NCBI GenBank assembly: GCA_051362555.1
Contig: CM120644.1
Coordinates: 21,412,534-21,476,533, forward strand
Origin: Lingula anatina
Taxonomy: Eukaryota; Animalia; Brachiopoda
Direction: 5' to 3'
DNA: 64,000 bases
Shown one piece after another: positions 1 through 13,899 of the stretch (within the stretch, counting starts at the first letter, position 1; each line of letters starts with the position of its first letter). The notes below the pieces were generated by a model that saw only the letters and a list, made by a program, of their open reading frames with translations, ran no database searches and was not told the DNA's origin. The position numbers were made by a program, and so were the translations under genes.

Positions 1-348
1 ACAAGACACTCATCGTGTTACCTTAAAACAATAGCTGTTTGAAAGTTAACGTTTTTATGAAGATTGGATGTAAAACAGTAAAAAGGAAGATAATTTTATT
101 CTCATATGTAGGGCACAGTGACGGTAAAACGTCTTGGATTTGTTTCGTTTTGTTTGTTATAATGTTTTAATTGATATTATTATCTTTTTGTCACACTCAT
201 GTACGTATAAGAGAGATCCAGCCCCTCTTGAGATTTCCCATATATATATTTTTCTTTTTTCCTCTTTTAGGGGGAGAAAAGACATCTGGGAAACAAAACG
301 TAAAAGTGAGAGGAACGCCCTCCCCTAAAATCTGGCATTGAATAAATG

Positions 349-1882
349 GGGTCATGCCGATACTCCCCCGCACCGTTACTCCCCCGCACCGATACTCCCC
401 CGCACCGTTACTCCCCCGCACCGATACTCCCCCTTAGTAAATTTTTGCATTATGCACATCGATACGACCCCACACCGATAGATCCCCGCATCGATAAACC
501 CCCTGTAAAATTGCCGTTATACGCGCACCGTTACTCCCCCGCACCGATACTCCCCCGCGTTGTTGTTTCCCCGCACCGTTACTCCCCCGCACCGATACTC
601 CCCCGCATCATTACTCCCCCTATGCAATTTTGACGAAACTGAGGATCGAGTAACAGAATCAACCCTCCACTTAATTATACAGGTTAGGGTCAGTCTAGGT
701 AAGTGGATCAAAATCTACGACCCGTTTAAGTCCAAATTTTGCGGAGAATCTCATGTACCACGCAAGTCCTTTATGCGAAATTTCGGGTTCGCACGTATGT
801 AAGCACGTACGGAGGATATTGATCATTTCCAATAGATTCTACGAATAATCTGCGAACAGCGAGGCCGCAAGCGTAATTTGCTCCCTTTCTAAGGAGTTTG
901 CGATTGGTTTGCAAGTGACACTTGCCTGGTCCAAGATGCACGCCGCAAGAAATGAAGGAGAAAGAGCCCTTTGCGTGTTGAGTACGGCGCACGCCCTCAC
1001 ATCTATAACGAACAAAATCGAAAACACGACGGGACTGCGAGTATAAAAAGCGTGCTCACGACGCATGCTCGTGTCTCGACAATTTCGTTGAGCAACAATT
1101 TTCAAAAATTTTGAATTTTGCTCAATTCAGATTCTAATCTAATTCAGATTCAAAAGACAAGGGAAAGAAGCTTAAAGAGCAGAAAAGAGGGTTGGAGGAA
1201 AAAGACAGAAAACGAAGCGCTTTAGCACTTCTTTTTTATTACTTAATAATTTTACGAATTCATCGTTGCCTGAAAAAAAAAGACATAGCTGCGTTATCTT
1301 AGATTAAAACTAACTTTGCCTTAAGTTAATAAAAAAATTTAAAAAAAATAAATAAATAAAAGGCCGTACAATATATATACAGTAACTACTGAGTACAGTA
1401 GGAGAACGGAATTAATTTTGCAAAAACATTTCTCAAAAACACAAGGAAGAGCTGTAGACCTACGTACAGTACTGTCAAGTCTGAGATCGACTTCGTGTAA
1501 CGTTCTTTATTTTTCCCAATATATTTCGAATAAAATTAGTCAATTCTGGGTCCCAAGAGGGTGGTGCATCTTGAAAAAAAAAGCATTATAGAAAGTGTTG
1601 TAAATTACGAATGAAAGCCAAGGGAATCTATGCCTTGGGGGAGTAGTGTTTTTGCAGAGTATCGGTACGCGGGAGTATCAGTGCGGGGGAGTATCGGTGC
1701 GAGGATGTAAAGAAGTGGGGGAGTATCGGTGCGAGGGAGTATCGGTGCGGGGGAGTATCGGTGCGGGGATGTAAAGAAGCGGGGGAGTATCGGTGCGAGG
1801 GAGTATCGGTGCGGGGATGTAAAGAAGTGGGGGAGTATCGGTGCGGGGGAGTATCGGTGCGGGGGAGTATAGGTACGTAACC
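349..1882. mobile_element. Foldback-type non-autonomous DNA transposon with internally repetitive TIRs, probably Mutator/MULE superfamily
   Basis: The left arm (349-~620) is an array of ~16-nt CCGCACCGATACTCCC units and the right arm (~1635-1882) is the reverse-complement array. The ends read GGGTCATGCCGATACTCCCC versus revcomp GGTTACGTACCTATACTCCCC. A perfect 9-bp flanking direct repeat GAATAAATG lies at 340-348 and 1883-1891. Confidence 0.8.
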
Positions 1883-2379
1883 GAATAAATGACCAAATCA
1901 TGAAATATGTGGATTATATTTGGCGTCATAACGTTAAAGCTTTGGACAGAAATACAAAAAACGCACCGTGTCTTGCGCTTTGGTAGTTCACCTTGCAAGC
2001 AATACTTTATCTTAGATATTTATGAACAACTTAATTTTACATTTGTATAGAAGGATCTTGTAACTTGGATCCGTAGATGAGAAACAAAAAGCACCAAGAG
2101 AAGTGCATTAAATTTTTTATCGGTATTTTTAGAAATATAAAATGTCAACTTTCGTTTGTTTTGCCATGCAATCAACAGCGATTAACGTCTTGTCTCACCT
2201 AACACATTATCATCAATTTTGTGGAAGACGTCACAACCATGTTGAGACAGAACAGACGCCAATATATCACCCTGTATAATAATGATTATTTCTTATTTAT
2301 TGGTAAGATATTGATAATCCAGTGGGGGTTGAAGTTCTAGATAAATATTAAGAACATTTTAATGACTCTAAGGTTTCAT

Positions 2380-2515
2380 TCCATTCCGTTCTATGTAGAT
2401 CAATCCAACTCTGCTGAATGCAATCAGTTTAACAGATTAACACACCTCCTGTTGTTTCAAACTTTCTTGTATAATCACCACCTTTTCTGTATTCTACCAA
2501 ACGCCAGGAAGAGGT
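2380..2515 (+). repeat. Dispersed repeat fragment, second copy at ~26200-26342
   Basis: Both loci share the blocks TCAATCCAACTC...GCTGAATGCAAT...ATTAACACACCTCCT...TTTTCTGTATT...GCCAGGARGAGG. Confidence 0.65.
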
Positions 2516-2988
2516 GTAACAATTTGAAATATCAATTTCCGAAGAAAAAATATTTGATACGAATGGAATTTCATTTCTTTCATTTCATAAAATATGTTAT
2601 TCGAGTGCTGTATGTGAAATAATGATGTGATGTATGATATATGTTGAAATCTTGTATATGTTAATATTGACAGCATGAAATGACAGGAGGATATTGGGGA
2701 GGTAGAATATAACTGTTATAACTTGTGCATGACAGTACAGACATGCGTTATGATAACTGGTTGTATGATGCAAAGTGAAAAAAATCAATTTCAATAAAAT
2801 ACTTCGGTAAAATATAGGCATAGCGTATCTTCACGGCGTTTGTGCTGACGTGTTAAAATATTGCACGGAATTTACAGGGATAAGTGGTATTTTTCTCCAA
2901 CTAATCAACCCTTCTTTCCTGCCACTGGCCAAAACTCTGAAAAAATCTGGGATAATTTAATAAACGCCTTTGTTATCATGACCAGGTT

Positions 2989-2992
2989 CCAC

Positions 2993-3070
<78 letters not shown>
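2989..3070. repeat. (CA)n microsatellite
   Basis: About 80 bp of CA repeats with two short A-rich interruptions. Confidence 0.95.
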
Positions 3071-3078
<8 letters not shown>

Positions 3079-3184
3079 TCGCAAGTTTATCTGTCATTGT
3101 GAAGGCAAATGAAGACTACACCATCGCACATTCATATATGATCACATGATTTAAAGTTTATAAAGTTTTAGTCTGCAGCTGATT

Positions 3185-3198
3185 CCAGCAGATGGCGC
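3185..3198 (+). promoter_or_regulatory. CTCF-like binding motif
   Basis: CCAGCAGATGGCGC matches the bilaterian CTCF core CCASYAGRKGGCRS. Motif match only. Confidence 0.4.
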
Positions 3199-3966
3199 CA
3201 TAGTTCGCTCAGGTCGGTCACGTATACTAAACTCTGTTCAGATGAAAACGTGCAATTGATCATAACCAGTGACGTAAATAATGTTTCGTGTGAGATAATA
3301 CACTGTCACCCAAGTGATATATTGTGTGTGGGGGGGGGGTGTTAAGGTTTGGGTTTAATTTTATCAATGGCGTGTTTTGAAATATATCAAACACAAATGC
3401 GTCCTATGCATTTTTATAGCAATAAATTGTCAATGAAGGTTCACGTAACAGATATTGATGATAATTGAGTAAACAATGCACCCAAAATATCCTGCCTCCT
3501 CCCCCATGAATCATATGTAACCAACACTCCAGAAAGAGATGTCATGTCTTCATCAGTTCTGAGTGACCAGGGAGTGGATGCGAGGCGGTCCAGATACTAA
3601 GTATACGAATATACAGCATCAGTTTCAACCGATTTAGTACAACACTGTAAGATATTAATGTTAGGTATTTGATGATATCTTATGTGTAATTCATTTTTGA
3701 TGCCTGAATGTTTAAAACAAGTTTGGAAATAACCCAATATATTCCCCATTTTGCTTCCTCCACATTTTCGCCAGCTCTTCAAATCTCATATGCACTTCAT
3801 GTTTAATTATTGAACTACGTTAGTAGATATAGCAGTAGGAGTAAACGTTTTGCATGTATTTTTCTCATTCTTTTTACAAAGGAGAGAGATAGTATATGTA
3901 GGAAAATAGGTAGTCATAAAACTTGTTTGCAAATCTCTTTAAGAAAATATATTCCTTTATCCAGCA

Positions 3967-4132
3967 AAGAGTGAAGTAACTTTTCTTCAATCAACAGCTC
4001 AATATTAAAATAGTTTACCTTTACCTCCAATATTTTGATCTTTAACAGAACATTCATCATTACTCACCTGGATAGCCTCATTCCCTGATTTCAACATTAA
4101 GCTGTTGAATGAAGAAAAATTACTTCATTCTT
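3967..4132. mobile_element. Small palindromic MITE-like element
   Basis: ~45-bp imperfect inverted arms: AGAGTGAAGTAACTTTTCTTCAATCAACAGCT... and ...AGCTGTTGAATGAAGAAAAATTACTTCATTCT. Confidence 0.6.
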
Positions 4133-5723
4133 GTAACGTAACACAGCTGATGAAATTCTCTGATTTGTCCAGTTAAAATGTATTAAATATTGGCAATATT
4201 ACATTGAATAATATTGTTTTTGCATATGTCTTGTGAGCTATATTTTTTTTAAATGTGTTCTTTTATCCAATAAAAATTAATGACAAATAGGGGATATAAC
4301 ATTGAATAATAATTTTTGCTGGTGTCAATTCTTAATTTCTTTTTCTTTAGTACTTTGAATTCAGCATACAAAATAATATCACTCTCTTTGAAAACATGGG
4401 TTTTAATTTCAGTTGAAAGGTATATTGTGCGCGTTACACCTTTACCTAGAAAATAACATCCTGAGAAATTCAACAATATCCCTTCATCACCAAAGCACAA
4501 TTTTATCCAACACCGATGAGAAAAGTACGATGAGTGTTCTAGATACCGTATACCTTGGTGATATATTGTTAAAATTTCAAGGAAAATTTATTGACTTAGT
4601 GGATCGAATTGCTGTAAACTGTTTTGTATACCGTATTACCTGAATTATTTATTGTTGAAATTTCTAGAAAAATAAAATGTTAGCTATATACGGGTCCTGC
4701 ACTCACTATGTGCCTTTAACGTTAGCTTTACTTTAAATGCTCAGGTAAGGGATTAGAATACATGGTTTCAATTTTCATAAATTTGTTCTTGTAATGATCC
4801 AATTTTCTGATGTCTAGGTTCGTAGTATGTACACCACGACTTTCGTAAAAATGTAACTGGACGATGATGTCTCTTAAACAAATCAAGATTCTGTGTAAAG
4901 ATGAAAATTTATGCCATTTTTCAAAATCTGCTCAACTTTGAAAAACCCCTTTTACTTTTATTAGTTCGCTCAGCATGTGCAAAAATGATTACTTTCTGCA
5001 TGTGCTATGTGAGGTTCATATATGTTCTGTGATAGCAAAACATTTGTCACGAGAGTTGTAGAATTGCTCATAATTGTAGGTATTTAGTTACTGAAATGAT
5101 TCTTATAATACCGTATACTATGTTTAGAAACAGAGAGAAAAAAAACAACGTCGGATCTGGAACATGTAAATGTGGTCAAATTGTGAAATTCTAAGCAATT
5201 TCTAGCATTATGTGTACTTGATAATGTTAGTCCAGAGTGGGTTTCCTTCTCGACTTATCTGAGGTTAAAGGTGGGAATGGATACTAGATCCGGCGTTGTT
5301 TTTAAGGGAAAAAGTCTTTTCTAAATATTTTCTTTAATATCAAACATAAGATCAAATATAAAAGGTTTAGTTTTATTTGTCAAATCAAATAGATTGAATT
5401 TGTTAAATCTTTAGTAAATTCTCATGAAGATCTCAATAACTTTGTTTATATCATCATATTCAAACCTTCAAAACTTAAAAAGAATCTCAAATGTAGTCGC
5501 ACAAACTGATGTTTAAAGATGATTAAAAATACATGCATATATGGAATGGAAATTTGTTTTGGTCTTAATAAAGAAATACCAAAATTATGCAATGCGTTGT
5601 AGTATTTTCAAGTTCATTGGTACCCACGGGTTGGGGTTCACTTTCCTGCTCGCGTACTTGGATAAAACCGAGTAATTCCTTTGGTTACTATAAGAAGAAA
5701 GTCTACCCGGGGAGGGTGGGTGG

Positions 5724-5797
5724 GAACAGTTAGAGGAGTAGGTAACGCGCTTGCCTCTCAGACAGAAGGTTTCTAGTTCGATTCCTGGCGGCTCTAG
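5724..5797 (+). mobile_element. tRNA-derived SINE head or tRNA pseudogene
   Basis: A-box-like TAGAGGAGTAGG (5731-5742), then GTAACGCGCTTGCCTCTCA, then B-box GTTCGATTCC (5776-5785). No clean acceptor stem. Confidence 0.55.
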
Positions 5798-7824
5798 GTC
5801 CCAGCAAATTACCTTTTGCAAAAATAAATTAAAATAAAGAACTTCGACTTCTACAAAACAGTGCTACGAACACAGCATAGTAAGAGGAGTCGGTGGTCCT
5901 GTAGTTAAGAAAAATAACTTCTACTTTGTTCATAAAATAATATAGCACATTTATTATTGCACAAATGAATACAAAAAGTAACAGCAGAATAACACAAAAT
6001 ATTTAAAAAATTGGAATCTTTTTTCTACTTTAATGGCAATTTCATAAAACGTACTACGAAATGTGAATTAATCTTTTACATACAAACATAACTGGTTCTC
6101 TATCTAAAACATGTCGAGATTCTATGCATTTTGAACATTTCTACTTGGCCGGCGTAACCTTTTGATTTATAAAGGAGTTAAGGAATATTATGATAAGCAT
6201 AATACCAAAAGATTAACCCAAAAAAAAATGTTTGTCTAAATTCAGTGGTAGAAACGGTATAGAAAATTCAATATGCATAGAACCTCATCCTATCCAGACG
6301 CATGTACCCACATACAAGCACTATGTCCAACCACAGCCATTACATAATGTGCAAAGAAAAACGGAATAAGATTATGCATTCATTTACTAAAACAATGCTA
6401 ATAAACTTAAGACTGGTCTCCGGTGATCAGTGATCAAGTGACACTCAGCATTATAACTCAACAGGACATGCAGGACTGACATCCGATAAGTTTTCTTCAA
6501 TCACCCTTCAATCTTGAACAAAGAGTAAACTGAGAAAATACTAGGTAAAGGCCAACCTTAAACAGGGCGCTGATCTACACACTTTTGGTCAAACATACTT
6601 AATGAAGGACAATTATTCATATTTGTTGAAAGAAGCAAAATACTATAAAAAAGTAATTTTGTGTGATAATTCGACGAATTTTCAAAGAATTGTCAAAAGA
6701 ACTGCTATCCTAAATCTAAGTAAATCTGCGAAAAATGCTTATTTGGTTTTTAAAACTTTTCTATAAATTTCGCTTTAATTGTATCACATACTATTTTGAG
6801 AGTATTGACAGAAATTGGCAGTCTTAAAAACTTCACCGAGTAATCATTATTCTTAATAATCGGCTTTGTGACAGCTAAAGTTGTCGATACGAATTTGTCA
6901 AGAATTTGTCGAAAATTCAGAATGTAAAAGTTTCTGATGAATGTCAGTCCTACATAGACCCTTTAAGGAAGATAACATACCAAAATAAAACATTTTTTTA
7001 TGATTCAACAATTTTCCTTTGTAACCTACCACTACTACAAATGCATATTAATTTCGGAAAAATTTCAACTCCTTGGTTTCGTTTCTAAAACCAGTGACTT
7101 CTCACTCCTCCCCTCATTGAAACACGAAGTTTATTTTATATGCGTCACAATCGCACATTCAAACTTAAGAAAGATCGTTTTAATACGTGTTGACAGTTCT
7201 GCAATACTAATGACACATTCTGCCAGTTTGATAGTGCTGCAATTTCTGAAACATAATTATCTAAGTTACAGCGCTTTATTGTTTTTTGTAGATATACATT
7301 TCGTTTTTGTTTCTTCAACTTAACACTGTAATTGCCAAAGACTTCCATAAATGCATTTTTACGGGGTTGGGACGTCTTTTTCTTTTCCAAAAGCTAACTT
7401 CATCAAAATAAATATTGGGATTCAGTTTTAAATAAATGTTCTTGGCGAAATGTCTTATTGCAGATTTGCCCTCACAAATATTTTACGATCATTAAGAAAA
7501 CCCGTCGTCCTACTATTCCCGAACATTACTTGGTGATAATTTAACAATAACCACAACCGACTTAGTACATCAGTGAGGTCATTTTTTTTTCTTTTTTGCA
7601 TTTGCATTTGCGATATTCATATTAAATGAGGGCTTAAACAAAAGTCGTTTTCAGATTTGAGACCCGACGTGTACCTCCCCCTAAACCAAATACACTAACA
7701 AATTACCATTAAAACACCATGGTCGGGTAGAGTACTGTACAACAACTTGATAACATACATATATATGTGTATATGTACAGATGCTTACCAGCGACGCACA
7801 GGTCGGATGCTTAGTAAAGAATTA

Positions 7825-8012
7825 GACGGCGTTCACAACCAGCTGAACCGCTCTCTATCTAGTCCGTGGATCAAATATGGCGCTTATTTGACAATGGATT
7901 CCCCGCCTCCTACTTGTGTCGTCCCAACGGGTGAACAATTAAATCCAGACTTAATTTCAAGTGGGGCTTTCAACTAGTTAGTCTGTGGATCAACTGGTTG
8001 TGGACGCGGCCC
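7825..8012. mobile_element. PIF/Harbinger-type (Tourist-like) MITE
   Basis: Imperfect TIRs GACGGCGTTCACAACCAGCTGAACC and GGATCAACTGGTTGTGGACGCGGCCC, flanked by TTA and TAA. Confidence 0.55.
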
Positions 8013-9029
8013 TAACCTCTTTTAAAACAGACGTTTCGTGAAAAAATACTCCTTACATTTGACTTATCATTTGATACACCTTCCAATGAAGAACATCACA
8101 ACCCAAAGCAGACATTACACTTCATATTAAATGATAACCAAGCAAAATTACTAGCAGACGAACTCTGACATGCGACATGTAATCTTGACATGGATGCAGT
8201 CGCTGTGGAACACGTGTCTGACGTCATTGATGGAGAACGTATTAAATCTCCTAGTGCGCAGTTGAGTCACTGAAATAAAAAAAAACACTTTTACAAAAGT
8301 ATGTTTATGGGTTGGTTTAATAGAGCAGTTTTTAATTTTAAAGTAACCGATTTCCATAGTAATATTCAACAAACCACTGATCAACTTTTAAATAATACGA
8401 ATATATATATATATACCGAGCTAACACGTTCTATGTAATGAAGGACCTTAAAACAATATCGATTCTATTCTCTTACACCGTGTACACAATGTAAAGCGAC
8501 AACATTCTGTGTCTGTAGAATTATATTTCAGGGAGCTAGAAAAAATACAGACGGTCGGATAACGTATAAAATCGCGCCAGTGAAATTTTAGAAATAAACA
8601 GATGACAGGAGTGTAGTAAAACAAAATTTAGGAAATCTTAGAAAAAAAGAACGACATAGTCACGACATGTACACGGGGGCGGATAGGGATTTGCTGAGGT
8701 AGATTTTGGATATTTTAAAGAAAAATCGGACCTACAAATGTAGTTACCTGTCAAAATGTTCTCACATTGCTCAAGACGGAAGACGCTTTCACAGCTGGAG
8801 CAAACCTCTCACCACCTGTTTACTGGCAAACGCATTCCATCTGAAAATAAGAACAGTAAATGAAATTTTTTAACGTCAAGTTAAAACGTCAAACGGCAAG
8901 ACTTTTACGGAAAAATATTGTTGACGTCAAGAAAAAAAATGTCGACATGTTGCCTTATTAGCAAGTTGCACCATTTTGGCAAATATCATCAACGTGAAAT
9001 AACCAATGTTATCTTCCATCATCTATACA

Positions 9030-9228
9030 GTACTTACAACAGTTCGATGCCAATTTCAGTGCCAGATTTCCGACCAACTCGTGGAAATTATAGCAATGTA
9101 ACACAAGGATGCTTTCCTCTCCATCTTCTACTGACCTTGGTCCTTGCTGAACGCCTCTCACCAAAATGCTCACCTGGATTACATAATAATGTACAGTTGA
9201 GCACCTTCCGTACGGGAGCCTCGATTTT
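9030..9228. repeat. Dispersed repeat fragment, second copy at ~19060-19230
   Basis: Shared blocks TACTTACAACAG, GTGGAAAT, CTGACCTTGGTCC, CCTCTCACCA and CGTACGGRAGCCTCGATT. Confidence 0.65.
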
Positions 9229-9444
9229 CACTTCAGTCTAATTGTTATATGATACACAGCAATCGTGCCCCCATCCATGGAAGATGATTCGGGTTTGCTG
9301 AAATCATAATCATAAAATTATGTGATTTTTTTCCACAACAATTGTGATGTGAAATTTTAAATATAATCCAGTGCCCCTATACCCCCCATGTCCTAATGTT
9401 TACACATGGGGCAGGAAAATTACTCCCACCCCAACACAGTGTGA

Positions 9445-9637
9445 ATGAAAATTTTGACCAGCTGAATTATAGTTCTAAACCGTACCAAAATGGCACCGTT
9501 CGCCCTATAAAATACCAAAATTTCTCGGGGACCTTCAGCGGGCCCCGCACCCCACGCCAACAAGGGAGGGGGGGGGGGGGGGGGAGTCGGCCTCGCATCC
9601 GAAGACCTCCCCTTCAAATAATCCTGGATCCGCCTCT
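9445..9637 (-). mobile_element. CAGGGGCGGATCCAGG-family MITE fragment
   Basis: Reverse complement of the 16665-16875 copy (GGCGGATCCAGGATTATTTGAAGGGG...AACGGTGCCATTTGGTACGGTTTAGAACTAT). A third partial copy lies at ~10378-10480. Confidence 0.75.
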
Positions 9638-10638
9638 CCTACTGTACAAATTTCCTTTGTTTAAATCTACGATCAAGATCTACACGTATTTTACTTTTTA
9701 TTTTTTATAAAAGAAATCGTTGATCTTTATATGGCTCTATCAAAAATATTCCCTGTTTTATTACATTTAGTTACAACGTAACCAATGTTTAACACTTAAG
9801 CAAGATAGTATTTCAAGGTATTTTATTAAATATCACAGAAAGATACAGAAAAAAAACTATGAGAGACGAAACAATTAATATAAATGAAAAATAAAACTTT
9901 ATATAGGGATGGTATTTCTCCTGAATGCTAAGAATCGGCAGTAGGTTTTGGTTGTAAGATATATCTTGTTATCACTATCATCTAAATGTTCAAAGTTGCG
10001 GAGTTGCTTCCTGCTGGAAAACAAACGGGTTTGCTCACGGGCGAAGGTTTGCTTCTACCTGGCCAAAAAGCACAGAGTCCCAGTGAGAGTCTATGTAATG
10101 GGCAGAACGTAACTTTGTTACCGCTGTTATTTTCAACAATGCGCAGTCACACGGCACTCCCCTAGCCACATGCTGCTTCATCAACTGTCTGACGACCCGA
10201 GTTTTATATCTTGACAGTAATGATGGCTTTCCTCGTTAAAAGGGCAAAATATGAGTCAGTCGCCATAAATTGTGTGTTTCTACTAATGGCGTTAATCGCA
10301 TAATTTTAAAAAGCTGGTAAACATCGAAAAAATCAACTGTTTGGGGCGAAATTTTGACGTGCACATGGGTGGCTCGTCTTGACGTGGGGGTCGGGGGCCG
10401 CTGAATATAATTTAGAGGGTGAACGGTGCCATTTGGTACGGTTTAGACCTATGTCAGTCAAAATTCTAATATCAAGAGGGCAGTATTGGTGTTTTTTTTT
10501 TCAGAAACCGAAGGAGGGGGGGCATGATGTTGTTTATACTGAATTAATTTTGTTTACTTAAAAAATAGAATAAAGTTAATGAGATAAAAAAGTATTTAAA
10601 AATATTCGATAAAATATTTTCTTATAAGGCGTATCATT

Positions 10639-10805
10639 CAGGGGCGGATCCAGAGATATTTTCTGACAGGCTTCCAAATTGTCTTCATTGATCAACCCTC
10701 AATTTTTGACCGTCTTCCGACAAAAAAATTAGATACCCGTCCATGTAAACTTGAAAATCTGACCGTCTTCCGGAAGACCCAGAAGACGGCCTAAATCCGC
10801 CCCTG
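10639..10805. mobile_element. 167-bp MITE with CAGGGGCGGAT termini
   Basis: TIRs CAGGGGCGGAT...ATCCGCCCCTG, with TCATT directly repeated on both flanks. Confidence 0.75.
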
Positions 10806-11599
10806 TCATTCAACTTATATTTTATGGTGATGAATCTGATGAAATACAGTATAAAATATTGAACAAACAACTTTAATAAATTAAACCGAGAATTTTAAGT
10901 CTTTGATTAAACCAGCCCGACTTATTCCACTATTAGTTTATTAATTTTCTCGCGTTATTGAAATCTGGAGTTTTTAGATAGTACTAGCTATATATCGCAG
11001 AATAAAGCTCAAAAGATTGCTAACGCATTGCATGAAATTGTTTTCAATTTTAATTTGTTTAGTTTATTTAAAAGCAACAGTTTTACAGCGACGGGCTACT
11101 TATTGCCCCACCCCTTTATAAGGAACGGACAAAACCGGTAATTTTTAATTTTACCTGGCAACTTTCGGCATTTTTTTCCGTAGCTCAGGAAAAAACGACA
11201 AGGTTTACTTTTTATATCATTAGTTTTTAAAAATGATACAAAAATAGTCATCGGGTTTAAAAGAAGATAAGTATGATTGAAGTAATGTGTTCAGTTCGTA
11301 TACGAAGTTCTGATATCGTAGGAGCACCAAAGAAAGGATTATGGAAAGCAACAAACATCGACAACAACGTTAATTCAGGTATAGTCATTTATCATCATAA
11401 AATAATTTTTAAAAAATTACAACTGACTTTAAGTACAATTAAGAAAGCCTGGGAAAGAACCTGGAACTCTTTCACCTTGTTAAATTCCATGTAGTCTCTC
11501 GGTTGAAATAAAGAACCCGACGTTTTTTAACGCGATGCAAATAAAAAAAACGACTCCTACCTCCAGAATGTTACGACGTGTATTGTTATAGACAGGTAT

Positions 11600-12055
11600 G
11601 AATCAAATTCAAACAGGCTGATTCAACTTTGATGGAAGCTGTCAAGCTCACACGACTAAGAATGTTTAATAAACAAACTTCAAACAGAATTACTATAATT
11701 TTCTCCCCGAACACGTAAAATTCCAATATTCACATCCTTTGACTGACAAGGTGCCAATCATATTCAGTTAGTTTTGATAGAAGCTGTCAAGTAATAACAG
11801 CTTGATTGACGGGTTATATAAACAAACGTCAATCACATTCAATACACTCTACTCTCAGACCATGCAAAGCTCAAACTTTTTTATCCTTTGATTGACAAGG
11901 TGCCAATCAAATTCAATTAGTTTTGATAGTTGCTGTCAAGTACTAACAGCTTGATTGGCAAGTTATATAAACAAACATCAATCATCGTGCACTGTGATTT
12001 CTCTCGCTGTGAAACAGTGAGTACGCCGAAAGAGGGCGCTCAAATCTGAAGTTAG
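11600..12055 (+). repeat. ~149-bp tandem repeat (about 2.5 units) ending in a hairpin; Helentron-like internal satellite
   Basis: ATCCTTTGAYTGACAAGGTGCCAATCA occurs at 11734 and 11883. A terminal stem-loop GAGTACGCC-GAAA-GAGGGCGCTC lies at ~12019-12041. Confidence 0.7.
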
Positions 12056-13899
12056 GACAGTAATTAACTTACAAAGTATTTCAAGAGAATATATACAACC
12101 TGTTTCCAAGACTAGTTCTCTTTCTGAACCCTTCAGCATGTATAATACGATACTCTAGATTACAAACTATTTTGTAAAAAGAAGAATTTAGTAAAAGAAA
12201 CCAATTTAAAAACAGATTCAAGTAAAGAAATATGACATTTGACGTTCTTCTGGAGGTAGCGCATGGGTCATTTCAAAATAAGAACAACCATAAAAATGTA
12301 TGCATGTACCTCAGTATGTGCGTGGAAGAAGGAAGAATAAATGTTTTTGCATTATGGGTGGAGTATTGACAGATTATTTTACTGTCAAAGTCTACTTTCT
12401 GTAAAATAATAAATAAATAAATAAATATATACTAATTCATCTTCATTAAAGGTGAAATTCGTGTTGCGGTTGAGGTAAGTAGTTTAAATTTTGCGGGGCT
12501 AAATGTTAGCAAGGGCCTGTGATAATAAGTGGATGGGAAACAGAAATATTACTGTAAACAAATATTTAACTGTGGCCAACTCTCTAGACGTTTTCATGTG
12601 CGTCGCCCATTCCTATTTAACAAACAAACCGCTACCTCGCTCATGTAAATATTCTGTTGGTTTATTAACAGTTCGATAAAAATATTTCAATCACAACCAA
12701 AACTGGGCAAGAAAGCTTTCTAGTCGTGCACGCGAGAACAAGCAGGTGTTTCATGGGAGCCAAGATGTTAAGTATTTCATATCAATTAATGTCAACAAAT
12801 TATTAAAAATTAATGCAAATATTATTTTATAATACGGAAGGAATGAACAACCTGTCAGCTAGGTTTAATATTTACACGAGAAAGGGAGTCACCGTGATAC
12901 TCCACACAGAGGAAGATGAGAATAATGCGGCAAGGTTTAACGGGTTAAATATTTAATGGAAATATAACTATAATCAAAATGTAATCATTAAAGGTGGGGT
13001 GCTAATGCGCCACAAAAACACCGGGATTGTACTGAAATAAGGGATTTACCCTCCAAAATATGTAGACAAAAATAAGGCACAAAGGAAAATGAACGCTTTA
13101 TGGTCAGAGCTCATCTGTGACCCTTGTAGAGAGTAATAATGTACCTTCTGAAATTACAGGGGTCTCTAGTACAGGTTGTTACAAAAGAAGGGATACACGC
13201 TTCTCAACACATTGGTGTAAACTTGGACATGATAATCAATTCGTAATTTTGTCCATGGTGTAAAATAGGATTCACAAACAAATATGATGGGTATGTAGGC
13301 AGAGAACGTGTTCCGTCTGATTATCTCAAATATCCGGGTCGATTCAGCAAATTTTAAATAGACTAGTAGCGACCCCTGTATGACAGAGTACACTGTCCGT
13401 ACACTGTGGCATGATTATACCTCTGTAAAATAACCATCCGTTATTTGTTACTTAGGAACCATTCCCAGACTCTATCGTACTAACTGTGGATCGATCTATC
13501 TCCAAGGGAATCTCGCTAAATTGCAATCAACTTAAGCGGCTTAGATGTCTATCACGCCTACTGAAACTGCCAGAGGGTAATTCATTATCGTTTTGCAGCT
13601 TCAGTAGGCGTGCCAGACATCTAAGCCGTTTAAGCTGAAAGCAATTTAGCAAGAAAACCCTTGGGGATGGATAGACCCTGTTAGATCGATCTAGGTATGG
13701 GAAGCCAGTCTTTATGTGTTGTTCACGGTGTATGTCATACAAGAGTGTTATCTTACATAATTCTTTGAGCCTATATAATTCGACCTCTTTAAATACTGTT
13801 ATTATTTTGTTATTCAAAGCGCTGGCCGTGGGCAGAAAAGGTACCTTTAGAAGGAAAGTGCTCCGAAGACAAATTTATAAGGTACTCAGTCTCGCCATT

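Noticed and set aside
197-1998. ORFs with HRYSPAPILPR repeats
   Set aside because: They are translations of the 16-bp foldback arms.
4415-4720. Kolobok-like MITE (AAAGG...CCTTTAA)
   Set aside because: The TIR match is too degenerate and the left TTAA is imperfect, so it is not listed as a feature.
5724-5797. Functional tRNA gene
   Set aside because: A and B boxes are present but there is no convincing acceptor or anticodon stem, so it is better explained as a SINE head.
8748-8840. Minus-strand exon-like segment with good splice sites
   Set aside because: It has stops in all three frames, and the neighbouring putative exon is a dispersed repeat.
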